Assembly: GCF_030144855.1 (NCBI RefSeq)
Contig: NC_082713.1
Span: forward strand, 156,860,001 to 156,924,000
From: Hypanus sabinus
Taxonomy: Eukaryota
Direction: 5' to 3'
DNA: 64,000 nucleotides
Below the pieces are notes generated by a model. It was not told the origin of the DNA, made no database searches, and was given only the letters and a program-made list of their open reading frames with translations. Each line of letters starts with the position of its first letter. Within the stretch, counting starts at the first letter, position 1. Below are positions 38,535-51,799 of the stretch, one piece after another. The position numbers and the translations under genes are program-made.

Positions 38535-40352
38535 AGGGGTCAGTAATCTTAAATTCCAGTGTGTCACTATCTCAGAGGACCTGCCCTGGACCCATCATAT
38601 AAATATTATTGCAAAGAAAGCACAACTGCACCTCATTTTCCTCAGGAGTCTGCAGAGGTTTGGCATGTCATTGAAAACTGGCTTATTTCTATAGATGTGT
38701 GGTGGAAAGTGTGCTGACTGGCTGCATTACAGTCTGAAATGGGAACACCAATGCTTTTGAGCAGAAAATCATACAAAATGTTGTGAATTTGGCCCAGTAC
38801 CTATGTACACCATAGGTATAATCCTCCCAACCATTGAGCACATTTACATGAAACATAAGAAATAGGAGCAGGAATAGGTCATCTAGCCAATCAAACCTGC
38901 TCCGCCATTCAGTAGGATCATAGCTGATCTGACCATGGACTCATCTCCACCTATCCACCTTTTCCCTGTAACCCTTAATTCCCCTACTATGCAAAAATCT
39001 ATCCAACCTTGTCTTAAATATATATACTGAGGTAGCTTCCACTGCTTCATTGGGCAGAGATTCACCACTCTTTGGGAATAGCAGTTGCTCTAACGTTCTA
39101 AATTTACTTCTCCAAATCTTGAAGTGATGTCTCCTAATTCTAGTCTCACCTTCCAGTGGAAACAATTTTCCTACCTCTATCTTGTCTATCCCTTTCATAA
39201 TTTTATATTTTATGTAAGATCTCCTCTCATTTTTGTGAATTGCAGCAAGTACTGACCCAGGTGACTCAGTCTCTCCTCAGAGTCTAACACCCTCATTTCT
39301 GGAATCAACCTGGTGAACCTCCTCTGCACTGCCTCCAAAGCCAGTATATCCTCAAGTAAGGAGAATAGAATTGCACTCAGTTCTCCAGGTGTGGCCTCAC
39401 TGGTACCCTGCACAGTTGAAGAATAACCTCCCTGCTCTTAAATTCCATCCTTCTGGCAATCAAAGCCAACATTCCATTTGCCTTCTTGATAGCCTGCTGC
39501 ACCTGCAAACCAACCTTTTGTAATTCATTCACAAGCACTCCCAAGTCCCTCTGCATGTCAGCATATTGCAATTTTTACCATTTTAAATAATAATAATCTC
39601 TTTCATTTTTCCTTCCAAAGTAGTTTACCTTATATTTACCAACATTGTACAGTACTCCATCTGCCAGACCCTTGCCCACTCACTTAACCAATCTATATCT
39701 CTCTACAGCCGCTCCGTATCTTCTGCACATTTTGCTTTTCCACACAATTTAGTATCGTCAGTAAACTTAGATATACTTCTTGGTCCCTTCTTCCTGATTG
39801 TTAATGTATATCATGAACAGTTTCAGGCCCAGCACCAACCCCTGTGGCACACTGCTCACCACTGATTGCCAACCAGAGTAACACCCATGTATCCCAACTC
39901 TCTGCTTTCTATTAGTTAACCAATCCTCTATCCATGTAAATACATCACTCCCAATTCTATGCCTCCTTAACTTATGGATGTATTTTATGCGATCTTAATG
40001 TAGAAAAGCTGTATCAATCATCAAAGATATCCACCACCCAGGCCATGCTCTGTTCTCACCACTGCCTCAGGTAGAAGGTACAAGAAACTCAGGACTTGCA
40101 CCACCAGTTTCAGAAATGGTTTCTACCCCTCAGCCGTCAGGCTCTTGAACAAAAGGGAATAGCTACACTCATTTAAGCACTCTGTACAAATGCAGATATA
40201 AATGCAGAAATAACAATATAACCGTTTGTTTGCAGTTAACAGTTCCTGGTGTTTACAGTTCCATATTCTAAGTATGCCTACAGAAAAAAAATCTCAAGGC
40301 TGTATGTGGTGACATGCATGTACTCTGAGAATAAATTTTACTTTGAACTTTG
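38535..40352 (+). mobile_element. Rex1/Babar 3' part split by a CR1 insertion
   Basis: ISEDLPWTHHINIIAKKAQLHLIFLRSL before 38850; the element resumes at ~39995; tail aataaattttactttgaactttga. Confidence 0.78.
38851..39990 (-). mobile_element. 5'-truncated CR1 LINE
   Basis: Minus-strand ORFs QRDLGVLV..KKANGMLA and LEAVQRRFTRLIPEM; tail aacataagaaataggagc. Confidence 0.88.
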
Positions 40353-41439
40353 AAGAAGTCTAAATAGAATGCAAAAAGTGAATCTTTATTGATAAGGTTT
40401 TGTATGCTTGAAGCTTGTTGTTAACCAGCTGCACATAGTTTGGTGCTCTGTAGTCCCCAAGAATTTTTTCAACAACACCACTGAATGCCTTCCATGTGAT
40501 TTTTTTTTCGGGTCCCACGAGAAGTTCCTTGATTTGCCTGTCTTTGAATCAGAACCACAATCAGGTTTATTGTCACTGGCATGTGTCATGAAATTGATGG
40601 CCTGTTTGACTTGTAAACAAATAAAAATCCCTTCCTTAATATTGCATCAGTTATTCTGATTTGAATTATGATTGAAATAACAAATATAGGCAATTATTTT
40701 AAAATGGGGCATGATAGAGAAATTTCATGATGATTTTCATGAACTGTAGTCCAAAATCCATAAGATACATCCAAAGGTATTCAGAAAGCAAAATCTTTGT
40801 TGCCCAGTGTTTATGGTTTATTTTGCATTCTGAGACAGTTAATGAAGCACAGTCACAAATTTAGAGGACTCACTTTGAATTGTAAACTTTGACACAACAC
40901 ATCCATGTAAGTTTCATATCCCTTCATGGAGCATATCTAAGTGATAATAATCCATATGCAGCACTCAATTGGCAACGGCATGAAATTGAAACTTAAAAGT
41001 GCGCCTGATGCCTGGTATACGTCACACACTGTGATGTAAATCTTAATTGCAGTTGCATCTCATAGTCGCAGCTCCAGCTGTTATAGGTAACCTGATAAAA
41101 TTCAGCTTGACAAGGTTCCTGCAGGTATAGTCACCATGGAATTCGGATATTCTGTTGTTCTCCCATATCCTGCATGAAGAGCATATCACTAGCCTGCTTT
41201 CCATGCCTTTTATCCCAAACCCTTCTATGCACAAAGAAAGTAAGTTTATTAAGTTTGCATCAGACATTATTGGAATAACAGAGGAGGCCATAAATAGAAT
41301 AATTAATAGGATGGAGAATTAAAGTGAGAGGCAACTAGAAATTTAGTTTTACCATTTCAGAGAACCTCTCCTAGGCCCAGCATTTAAGTGCAATTACGAA
41401 CAAAACACAATAGTGCTTTTACTTCATCAAGAGTTTGCT

Positions 41440-42008
41440 AAGATTCGACATAATATCTAAAACTGACAGACTTCTGTAGATGTGTGGTGGAGAGTATATT
41501 GACTGGCTGCATCACAGCTTTGTATGGGAACGTCCGTGCACATGAAAGAAGAATCCTACAAAAAGTTGTAGATATGGCCCAGTCCATCATGTGTAAAGTT
41601 CTCTCCACCATTGAGCACGTCTCACTGAGTACACCTGCTGCCACCAAGAAGGTGATACAGGAGCCTCAGGCCTCACACAACCAGGTTCAGGAACAGTTAT
41701 TACCCTTTGGCCATCAGGCTCTTGAACCAAGGGGGATAACTTCACTCAAATTCACTTGCCCCATCACTGAAATGTTCCCATGGACTCACTTTCAAGGACT
41801 CTTCATCTCATGTTCTCAATATTTATTATTTTGTTTTGTATTTGCACAGTTTGTTGACTTTTGCACATTAGTTGTATTCCCAGTTTTTGTTGTCTTTCAT
41901 TGACTCTTATTATGGTTATTGGACTTATTGAGTATGTGCACAAAATATAATCTCAGGTTTGTATACGGTGATATATATGTACTTTGCTAATAAATTTTCT
42001 TTGAACTT
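41440..42008 (+). mobile_element. Rex1/Babar 3' fragment
   Basis: VESILTGCITALYGN...RILQKVV; tail ctttgaactt. Confidence 0.8.
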
Positions 42009-44139
42009 TCAGCACTATGCTAGTGGTGCTGTTCTGAAGTGATGTTGTGGAATTGCTTGGGATGAAAAAAAAATCATTTATAAAATGGCCCTGGACCTGG
42101 ATGGGTCAAAATATTCAAAAGTCCCTGAAATTTTTTACATATATTGTAGTAAAGATATGATATAGATGAATGGAAGTCTCTAAGCTGAAGAGTGAAATGA
42201 GCTGTTAAAATAATACAGTGCCTTCTGTAGCAGGAAAGTAGTGTGAAGGCAGTTGTGCTTCGTACTGATTTTTTTCAGTGTTGCAGTTCCCGTGAGAGCA
42301 TTGTTAGAAGAGTTGTATGCTGGAATAAAAATTTAAATTGTGGCATGAATGTGAGTGCAGGAAACCTTTCTTGCTTAGTTTGTTGTAATGTTCAAAGCAT
42401 GCTTCAGCAGTAACCAGATTTTCCACTTTTGTCATTATATTTTTGTTTCCAACTTTATACAGGGTGTTTCTCCACTTTCAGTTACTACTGTGTTTTTTAT
42501 ATCTACTCAAGTCAAGGTCTGAAAAGTTTAAGAATTCTTATTTAATTTTTCATAGCTTGCTAATTGAACCCCAAGTGTAAGTTTCACTTGGAGATCCACA
42601 AGAAAATAATTAATATGGCTAGTTTCTGTTACAAAATAGCTATAGAGCTTGGGAAATTATTAGAAATATGCCATGAACCATAAAATTAGTAATCTGTCAT
42701 ACTTGAGACTTGGTGATGGTGGACTAGCAGATCTTCTGCACTAATAAACGTTATTCTTATGAATACCCCAGTACAGTTTTAATTTCCTTTTTATGTAGTA
42801 TACATTAGTAGCGTAATTTTCTAGTGCAGCTGGTATGTTTTAAAGAGGTCTGGAACTGGGGCTCCTGTGAGGCAATGCAAAGCTAGGAAATCAAGGTCTC
42901 CATTTGAACAGAAGGAAAAACCTGGACCTCGACAGCTGAAACAGTTAATGTTACACATCACCTCATGTGCCAGATACTAGAAACAATTCTCCGTGTTGTA
43001 TGTGGTGACATATAGTACTTTGATAATAAATTAATTAGAATTTTTAAAACTGAAGTTTTTATTAACTTTGAAATCTCATGATTTCATATTATTTATGTGG
43101 CAGATAGTTCCATTTAATTAATTTGAGTAAATAGTGCAGAATTCCATTATATTTATCAGTAAGGTAGTGGTAACTCCTGAATGCATTTTGTAGTTTTGTT
43201 TTCAGAACTCCATAATGGCTTTTTGTTCTCGCAGATATTATTTTGTCTGTTTTGAATTGCAGATTGATATATACCTTTTCAGATGAAAGTGCATTATTTA
43301 ACCAAATTTTCTTTTTGGAGTTGGGGAGGTGGATGTGGCTGATGAAAAAGATATTCTCAACAAAGCAAAACCTAAGCAATTCCTTTTCTATAGTAGTGTA
43401 ATAGTTCTGAATAAATATACCATATGTGAGTCTTAAGAAACAAAAAATTATATCCATTTATTGAACAAATAGTGAAACAGTGGCACATTAAAAAGAGTTT
43501 GGAGACAAAAATAACTGCATCACCACTTGTCGGTCTAATTAAGTCATTAAAACATTCTAATTTTGATCATCTTTCTTCTTAGACTTTTGGATCAGTCTCT
43601 TTCACATGGCTCACAGGGCCACCACTCTAGTGTCTGGAAGAATATACTCATCTGAGATTGGAGATGAAAAGGAACATAAGATGAACAAAAACAAGAGTAA
43701 GAGAATGACAGTTAATTTAAAGTTGAATATAAAAGTCTTCTACAGGCAAAGGGTGTGTATAAGAGACGCATCAGATCTGTTCATAATAACATAAATTAAC
43801 TATCACTGAGGGCACAATCAATACATATATTGGTCTTTTTCAAGAAAGGAAATGCTGCCAAAGCTTCTAATTTGTGGGAGCTAATAGAGATAATGGATAG
43901 GGTGAAAAGTTATAAAGCAGATACAGGAAAGAATATCTGCTTTTAAAGTAATGAGTCAACAGATCCAGTTGTCACATACCTAGATTGCTTAGGGAGGTGA
44001 GGTTATATTCTACAGAAAGGATTGCTATAATTTTCTAATCTTAGCTCAATGTGTGGAAGGTTCAGAAGCTCTAAGAAAAAACTGGCAAGTGTAACACCCT
44101 TCTCTAGAAAGGGTGTAAGAACATGATCAGAATTTAAGT

Positions 44140-45132
44140 GACACACTGAGTAAGTTTGCAAATGACACCAAAAGTGGTGATATGGTGGCCAGTAGGGTTA
44201 TTCTAAGGTTACAGGTGGACATAGAAATTACAAGTGGAATTTAATCAGGGCAAGTGCAAAGTGATGAATTTTGGGAAATTAAACCAGGGTAGGGCACAAG
44301 TAGTAAATTGGTTTATTTTTGTAACATAAATGAAGGTTCAGTGGACAAACTTGGTTTTGGAATATGTTCTATTTCATCGCATTAGAATATTGAGGTGTGT
44401 CCATTATATGACAAAGTCCACAGGAGAGTTGAACAGAGAGATGAGGCATAGAAGTACATAGTTCACTAAAAGTAATGCAAGCATACAAGGTAAGTAAGGC
44501 AAATAGTCTGCTTGATTTCATTGGTATTGAGAAGTCATGTTACATGATGTGAGACTACACCTGGAATATTATATGGAGTTCTGATTGCCATTCTATAGGA
44601 AGGAGACGATGAAGCTAGAGAGGGATGCAAAAAGGATTAGGAAGGATATTACTAGGACTAGAGAGCTTGAGTTAAGAAGAGAGACTGAAGAGGCTGGGAT
44701 GTTTTTCCTTGGAGTGAAGGAGGCTGGTGGGTGACTTGAGAGGTTTATAAAATCATAAGTTGCATAAATAGGGGAATAGATGTGGTCTTTTCCTCAGGAT
44801 AGGGGAGTCTAAAACTAAAGGGCATAGGCTTAAGGTGAAAGGGGAAAGTATTGAAGGGGACATGAGGGGCAATTTTATCACACAAGTGGATGGTAGGTAT
44901 ATAGAATACGATGCCAGAGGAAGTGGTAGCTATAATTATAACTTTCAGAAGGCATTTGGACAGGTATGAAAGGTTCAGAGGGATATGAGCCAAATGAAGG
45001 CAGAAGTGGAATTAGCCCAGGAAGGCACCTTGGCCTGCAAGGACTGGAGTCATAGTTGTACTGCATTGAAACAAACTCTTCCAGGCTGCCTACCTTTTGG
45101 CTCAGGATCTGTTTCGGGGCTGTATGACTCTA
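44140..45132 (+). mobile_element. Old CR1 3' fragment
   Basis: SKFANDTK remnant at ~44150 and a CR1-like 3' UTR. Confidence 0.75.
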
Positions 45133-45644
45133 CAAGCTAGTCAATCCACAATGCAGAAGATTTTGGAAATGATAGGACGTTATTAACAGGCACTTGGAAA
45201 AGCATGGGTTGAGAAAAATTCAATCAGTCATGTCAAACCACTTTCAGCAAAAGTCATTTGACTGCCCTCATTGAATTTATTTTTGAGTGATTGTTGAAGA
45301 TGATGCGCTACATGATGTTTCTGTGGATCTTCAGGAGATATTTCATTAAAATGCTGTGCAAAAGATCAGTTAACAAGACATTTAGGCCCATGGAATTGAA
45401 TGATTGCCAACAGCATGAACTAATGGCAGAAAGTAATATTTAATAGTTGTAATTTGGAGGTCAACTCTTAAAAGAGATGTTTTCCTAAAACTAAGGTTCC
45501 TGAAAAGAGAAATGGAATGAAATAGATTTTTATATGGGTCCTGGTTGATACTATAGTACCCTGCCTGCACACATACGCACAACACACATCTGGCTTTCAC
45601 TTGGTTAAATTGTTTTCAGAAAGACCCAATTCCCAAGGCATTAT

Positions 45645-45752
45645 CACAAACGAGAAAATCTGTAGATGTTGGAAATCCAAGCCCAAGACTTAGACTGTTT
45701 TTTCTATAGATGCTGCCTGGCCTGCTGAGTTGCTCCAGCATTTTGTATGTCC
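45645..45752. mobile_element. Mini Penelope pLTR insertion with a 13-bp TSD
   Basis: Flanked by cccaaggcattat (45632-45644) and cccaagacattat (45753-45765). Confidence 0.7.
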
Positions 45753-46399
45753 CCCAAGACATTATTCTCACTTTGAAATTTTACAGATCAGACTTAAATT
45801 ATGACACAAAAGTACCCCACTGGGCCTGCCCTGCCAAATGTTGATAAGTTTTTGCACTTTTGAATCTCCAGTCCAAACACTTATAGGTACAGGTATGCTT
45901 GAGAAGAGATATCTATTCTGGCTGCACACTGAAATCTAGATAATAGAGTCCAGCAATGGCCCACATCTTGGTGCAGAATAGCTACATTACTCACTCTGAC
46001 ATAACCAAGAACAGTAATGATTAGCAACTTCTCAAATGGAGTAGTGACTAATTTATTGCTGGATTGCACCATGCTCCTGGCACCCCAGTACGCAGCAGGA
46101 TGGAGGGGGAAATTTACATCAGATTCCTGACATCATACTGTCAGCACAGTAGTGTACTACAATGGGGAGAGCATGCCATAGTAGCAGTTAGGTATGCATC
46201 TTTATAATATAATGGTATAATGACTCCTAACACTGATTTTGTTAGCAATATTAAGACTAATCTATAGCAAGAAAAATCATGACTGGAGGTAATCAAGATA
46301 ATAATTTCTTTCCCAAAAGCAAACTTTGGGTCTTTCCCAATGGAACATAGTTATCCTTTCTTCGAATACAGTGCCCTTCCAATCCTTCCTCAAACTTAA

Positions 46400-46530
46400 G
46401 TTTTGTTTGCCTGGTCACCGATATTTGTTTGCTTCTTGCAGACAGGGTCCTGACGAAGGGTCTCGACCCGAAACGTTCACTGCTTCTTTCAACTGCCCTA
46501 CCTGCTGAGTTCGTCCGGCTTTTTTGTACA
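46400..46530 (+). mobile_element. Penelope pLTR remnant with a hammerhead core
   Basis: CTGACGA (46450-46456), AGGGTCTCGACCC, GAAA (46470-46473). Confidence 0.7.
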
Positions 46531-46582
46531 TCTTAATTTTAGTTCATTATCCGGTTGAGCTTTTCTCCTAGTTTTGTTCAGG

Positions 46583-49500
46583 AAATGTAGTTCTGTAGTC
46601 ACACTGGGGCTTGGGGAGACAGATAAGTGGGTAACAGTCAGGAGAAGGAAGGGCAGGAGTCAGAAGCTGGAGAGTGCCCCTGTGGCTGTACCCCTTGACA
46701 GTAAGTATTCCTGCTTGAGTACTGTTGGGGGGGGGGGGTGGCCTACATGGGGGAAGCAACAGTGGCCACGCCTCTGGCATAGAGTCTGGTCCTTTGGCTC
46801 AAAAGGGTAGGGAAAGGAAGAGGATGGCAGCAGTGATTGGGGACTCTATAGTTAGGGGTCAGATAGACGATTCTGTGGATGCAGGAAAGAAGCACAGTTG
46901 GTAGCTCGCCTCCCAGATGCCAGGGTCCGGGATGTTTTTGATCACGTCCACGATATCCTGAACTGGGAAGGAGAACAATCAGAGGTCATGGTACATATTG
47001 GTAGCAATGACATAGGCAGGAAAAGGGAGAAGGTCCTGAAAGCAAACTACAGGGAGTTAGGAAAGAAGTTGAGAAGCAGGACCACAAAGGTAGTCATCTC
47101 AAGATTACTGTCTGTGCCACACAGGAATAGAGTGAGGTGGAGGATAAATGTGTGGCTGAGGGATTGGAGCAGGGGGCAGGGATTTAGATTTCTGGGTCAT
47201 TTGGACCTCTTTTGGGGCAGGAGTGACCTGTACAAAAAGGATGGGTTGCACGAGTCCCAGGGGGACCAATATCCTGGCTGGGAGGTTTGCTAAGGCTATT
47301 GGGGAGAGGCTAATCTAGGATTGCTGGGGGGTGGGAACCAAACTGAAGAGGTGGTTGGCTCACAAATAGAGAAAGCTTGGAGAAAGTGGGAGAGGGAGGA
47401 TAGGCAGGTGATAGAGAAGGGACGCGCTCAGACCGATGGTTTGAGATGTATCTATTTTAACGCAAGGAGTATTATGAACAAAGCAGATCTTAGAGCGTGG
47501 ATCAGTACTTGGAGCTATGATGTTGTGGCCATTAGAGACTTGGATGGATCAGGGTGAGGAATGGTTACTTAGAGTGCCAGGCTTTAGATGTTTCAGAAAG
47601 TACAGGGAGGGAGGCAAAAGAGGTGGGGACGTGGTACTGATGATCAGAGATAGTGTTACAGCTGCAGAAAAGGAGGAAGACATGGCAGGATTGTCTGCGG
47701 AGTCTCTATGGGTGAAAGTTAGGAACAGGAAGGGGTCAATAACTCTACTGGGTGTTTTTTATAGACCACCCAATAACAACAGGGACATCGAGAAGTAGAT
47801 AGGGAGACAGATTACCGAAAGGTATAATAAAAACAGGGTTGTTGTGGTGGGAGATTTTAATTTCCCAAATATTGATTGGTGTCTCTCGAGAGCAAGGGGT
47901 TGAGATGGGGTGGAGTTTGTTAGGTGTATTCAAGAAGGTTTCTTGACACGATATGTAGACAAACCTATAAGAGGAGAGGCTTTATCATAGCATTGGAGAG
48001 GGATAGGAACAGACAAATTAGGAAAGCGTTTAATTGGAGTAAGGGGAAATATGAGGCTATCAGGTAGGAACTTGGAAGCATAAATTGGGAACAGATGATC
48101 TCAGGAAATGTATGGAAGAAATGTGGCAAATGTTCAGGGCATATTTGGTGTATAAGTCATCTGGACAGGATGAGATCTACCCCAGGCTACTGTGAGAGGC
48201 AAGGGAGGAGATTGCTGAGCCTCTGGCAATGATCTTTCCATCATCAATAGGGACGGGAGATGTTCCAGAGAATTGGAGGGTTGCAGATGTTGTTCCATTC
48301 TTCAAGAAAGGGAGTAGAGATACCCTAGGAAACTATAGACCACTTCAATGCTTGGTATGTTGATGGAGAAGATCCTGAGATGCAGGATTTCTGAACATTT
48401 GGAGAGGCATAATATGAGTAGAAATATTCAGCATGGCTTTGTCAAAGGCAGGTCGTGCCTTATGAGCCTGATTGAATTTTCTGAGGATGTGACTAAACAC
48501 ATTGATTTCAGCAAGGCATTTAACAAGGTACCCCATGCAAGGCTTATTGAGAAAGTAAGGAGGCATGAGATCCAAGGGGACATTGCACTGTAGATCCAAA
48601 ACTGGCTTGCCCGCAGAAGGCAAAGAGTAGTTCTAGACGGCTCATATTCTGCATGGAGTCGGTCACCAATGGAGTGCCTCAGGGATCTGTTCTGGGACCC
48701 CTACACTTCATGATTTTTATAAATAACCTGGATGAAGAAGTGGAGGGATGGGTTAGTAAATTTGCTGATGACACAAAGATTGGGGGTGTTGTGGATAGTG
48801 TGGAGGTTGTCAGAGGTTACAGCAAGATACAGCAGGATGCGAAATTGAGCTGAGATGGAGTTCAGCCCAGATATGTGTGAGGTGGTTAATTTTGGTAGGT
48901 CACATATGATGGCAGAATATAGTATTAATGGTAAGACTCTTGGCAATGTGGAGGATCAGAGGGATCTTGGGATCCTGTGCAGGTTGACTCTGTGGTTAAG
49001 AAGGCATACAATGCATTGGCCTTCATCAATCGTTGGATTGAGTTTAGGAGCAGAGAGGTAATGTTGCAGCTATGTAGGACCCTGGTCAGACCCCACTTGG
49101 AGTACTGTGCTCAGTTCAGATCGCCTCACTATAGGATGTGGAAACCATAGAAAGGATGCAGCGAAGATCTAGAAAGATGTTGCCTGGCTTGGTGAGCATG
49201 CCTTATGAGAATAGGTTGAGTGAATTCAGCCTTTTTTCCTTGGAGTGATGTAGGATCAGGGGTGACCTGACGGAGGTGTATAAGATGATGAGAGGCATTG
49301 ATAATGTGGATAGTCGGAGGTTATTTCCCAGGGCTGGAATGGCTAACACGAGAAGGCACAGTTTTAAGATGCTTGGAAGTAGGTAACAAGGAGATGTCGG
49401 GGGTAAGTTTTTTTTTATGCAGAGAGTGGTGAGTGTGTGGAATGGGCTGCTGGAAAAGGTGAAGGCAGATATGATAGGGTCTTTTAGGAGCCTCCTGGAC

Positions 49501-49628
49501 AGGTACATGGAGCTTGGAAAAATAGAGTGTTAGGGGTAACCCTAGGTAATTTCAAAGGTAAGGACATGCTTGGCACAGCTTTGTGGGCAGAAAAGCCTGT
49601 ATTGAGCTGTAGGTTTTCTATGTTTCTA
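46583..49628 (+). mobile_element. Near full-length decayed CR1 LINE (SGNH-esterase ORF1, APE plus RT ORF2)
   Basis: VIGDSIVR, VHIGSNDIG, LRCIYFNARSI, GVFYRPP, QHGFVKGRSCL, GVPQGSVLGP and SKFADDTK; tail ttttctatgtttcta. Confidence 0.92.
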
Positions 49629-50900
49629 CGATGTACTTGATCTAAAAGTTAAAATATGCCATGCTCTCCTTGGCCTCCATCCTAATGACTTATGAATGCT
49701 GTTTAAATTTGGGCTAATTTGCAGCACAAAATGTTTGAATATAATTGTTAGAGCAATGATCGGGAATGGGGGAAATGAGGACTGAGGGGAATGGTGGAGG
49801 TTCCCTTTGCAAACAACAAATCTGCAACGTGAGGATTAGCTATTTTGATCGAAGTCCATCAATTTGGCTTTCTTTATTATACTAATGAGAAAAACATTTG
49901 AATATTTCTCTAGTATATAGTTAGTGAGAAAAAAGTGCCTATATATGATAATGTGGAAATTATCTATTAGATCCCTTTGGCAAATTACAAATCTTTAGAC
50001 ATGTATAATTTGATCTCGCTATTCTGTTTTTTTTGCACAATTTGCTTATTTTTGTCATTTATAGATTTTTATTTCTTTCCTTAGTACTGCTGCTGTAAAG
50101 CAACAAGTTTCATATATGTCAGTGATACTGATATTTTCATTATCATTGTATACACTTACTAAATTAACCAGCGTCATTTGGTTGCTGATCTTTCCTTTTA
50201 TCTGAAATGTATTGTAAAGGTAAACAATTTCATGTTTCTCACACTGCTTTTGCACTAATGGAAGAACTTGGTAATGTGCTTTTTAAAAAAAAATGGGTAT
50301 TTTGAGGTCAAGGTCATAGTCTTCGCAGATGATTACAGTAACATTTATTATAGCTTTTAAAACCATTCTAACCATGTCAATTTTGTTGCCTTTTAAATAT
50401 ATTTTATGCTCCTTCTGATTACTTGTAAGTAAACTAATATTTCTAAATTCATAGGTATGATTGACTAAACTAGATACAAAAGTAGAAAATAAATTTGAAA
50501 GTCATCTTTAATTGTTGATGAAACTATTTAACAACTAGATGTCAAGAGAATTTACTTTTGATACACTTTCTGTTGCACATACTCACTACTTCAGTATTGC
50601 CTTCGTTAACAAAATTTAAATGATAAAAGCTCATTTGCTTTGATTAACAGTCAGTCAGCTCACGCGGTATTTATGTGTGTTCACTCTGCTACTGTAGTTC
50701 TTAATTTCAACCTCCTTTAGTCCATGGTGATGCAAAACAAACTGCATAAAAGCTATATGAAAATTGTTATTTTAGATTAGGTAGCCCATATTTCAGAATG
50801 AGTAATTCATGACTGTTTACCTACAGTGCCTTGATAAAGTATTGAGCCCCCAACCCTTTGTTTACATAAATGAGCATTACAACCAGAGATTTTGATCAAT

Positions 50901-51305
50901 ATAGAAACATAGAAAACCTACAGCACAATACAGGCCCTTTAGCCCACAATGCTTCAGAAATTACCTTGGGTTACCCATAGCCCTCTATTTTTCTAAGCTC
51001 CATGTACCTATCCAAGAGTCTCTTAAAAGACTCTATTGTATCTGCCTCCACCACCATTGCCGGCAGCCTATTTCACGCACTCACCACTCTGCGTTTTAAA
51101 AAAAAAAGAAAACTTACCCCTAACATCTCCACTGTACCTACTTCCAAGCACCTTAAAACTGTGTCCTCTTGTGTTAGCCATTTCAGCCCTGGGAAATGGC
51201 CTCTGACTATGCACATGATCAATTACTCTCATCATCTTGTACATGTCTATTAGATCACCTCTCATCCTCCGTTGCTCCAAGGAGAAAAGGCCAAGTTCAC
51301 TCAAT
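50901..51305 (-). mobile_element. 5'-truncated CR1 inserted in the Tc1
   Basis: Reverse complement of 49215-49628. TCAAT occurs at both junctions (TSD or microhomology). Confidence 0.88.
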
Positions 51306-51577
51306 TTAACTGAGAATTTTTATTTATGAATCGTATGCCTTTTTCACAGCAGAGCTCAAAACCAGAAAATTGCAAAGCATGAAAAACTAAAACTTCAAAA
51401 ACTGAAATGTCAGTAGTTCAAAGGTATTCATCCCCCTTTGCTCAGTTCTTACTTGAATCACCTCTTGCAGCAATTACAGGCTACAGGCAGTAGTCTTTTT
51501 GATTAGTCTCTATTAGCCTTTCACAAGTGATGGGGCAAGATTTGTCTATTCCTCCTTGTAAAATTTCTTAATCTATG

Positions 51578-51799
51578 TGTGGTGAACTACATATACCTGT
51601 CTGGATACGCCCCCCCCCCCCCCATTGACTACTCCTGTGGCTCCTCCCACAGACCCCTGTATAAAGGCGATTGGAGGCACTGCTCCTCCCTCAGTCTCCA
51701 GGATGTTGTGTGATAGTCTCTTGCTGCTGACAGTGCTTTCTTCCAGCTAATAAAAACCTATCTCGCCTCACGTCTCCATGAGTTATTGATGGTGCATCA
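51578..51799 (+). repeat. 5' LTR (222 bp)
   Basis: TATAAA at 51660-51665, Inr-like TCAGT at 51691, AATAAA at 51749-51754. Both ends are confirmed by the solo LTR at 21905-22121. Confidence 0.9.

Noticed and set aside
44093-44116. Short hairpin acaccctt-N7-aagggtgt
   Set aside because: An 8-bp stem is expected by chance in 64 kb and has no supporting context.
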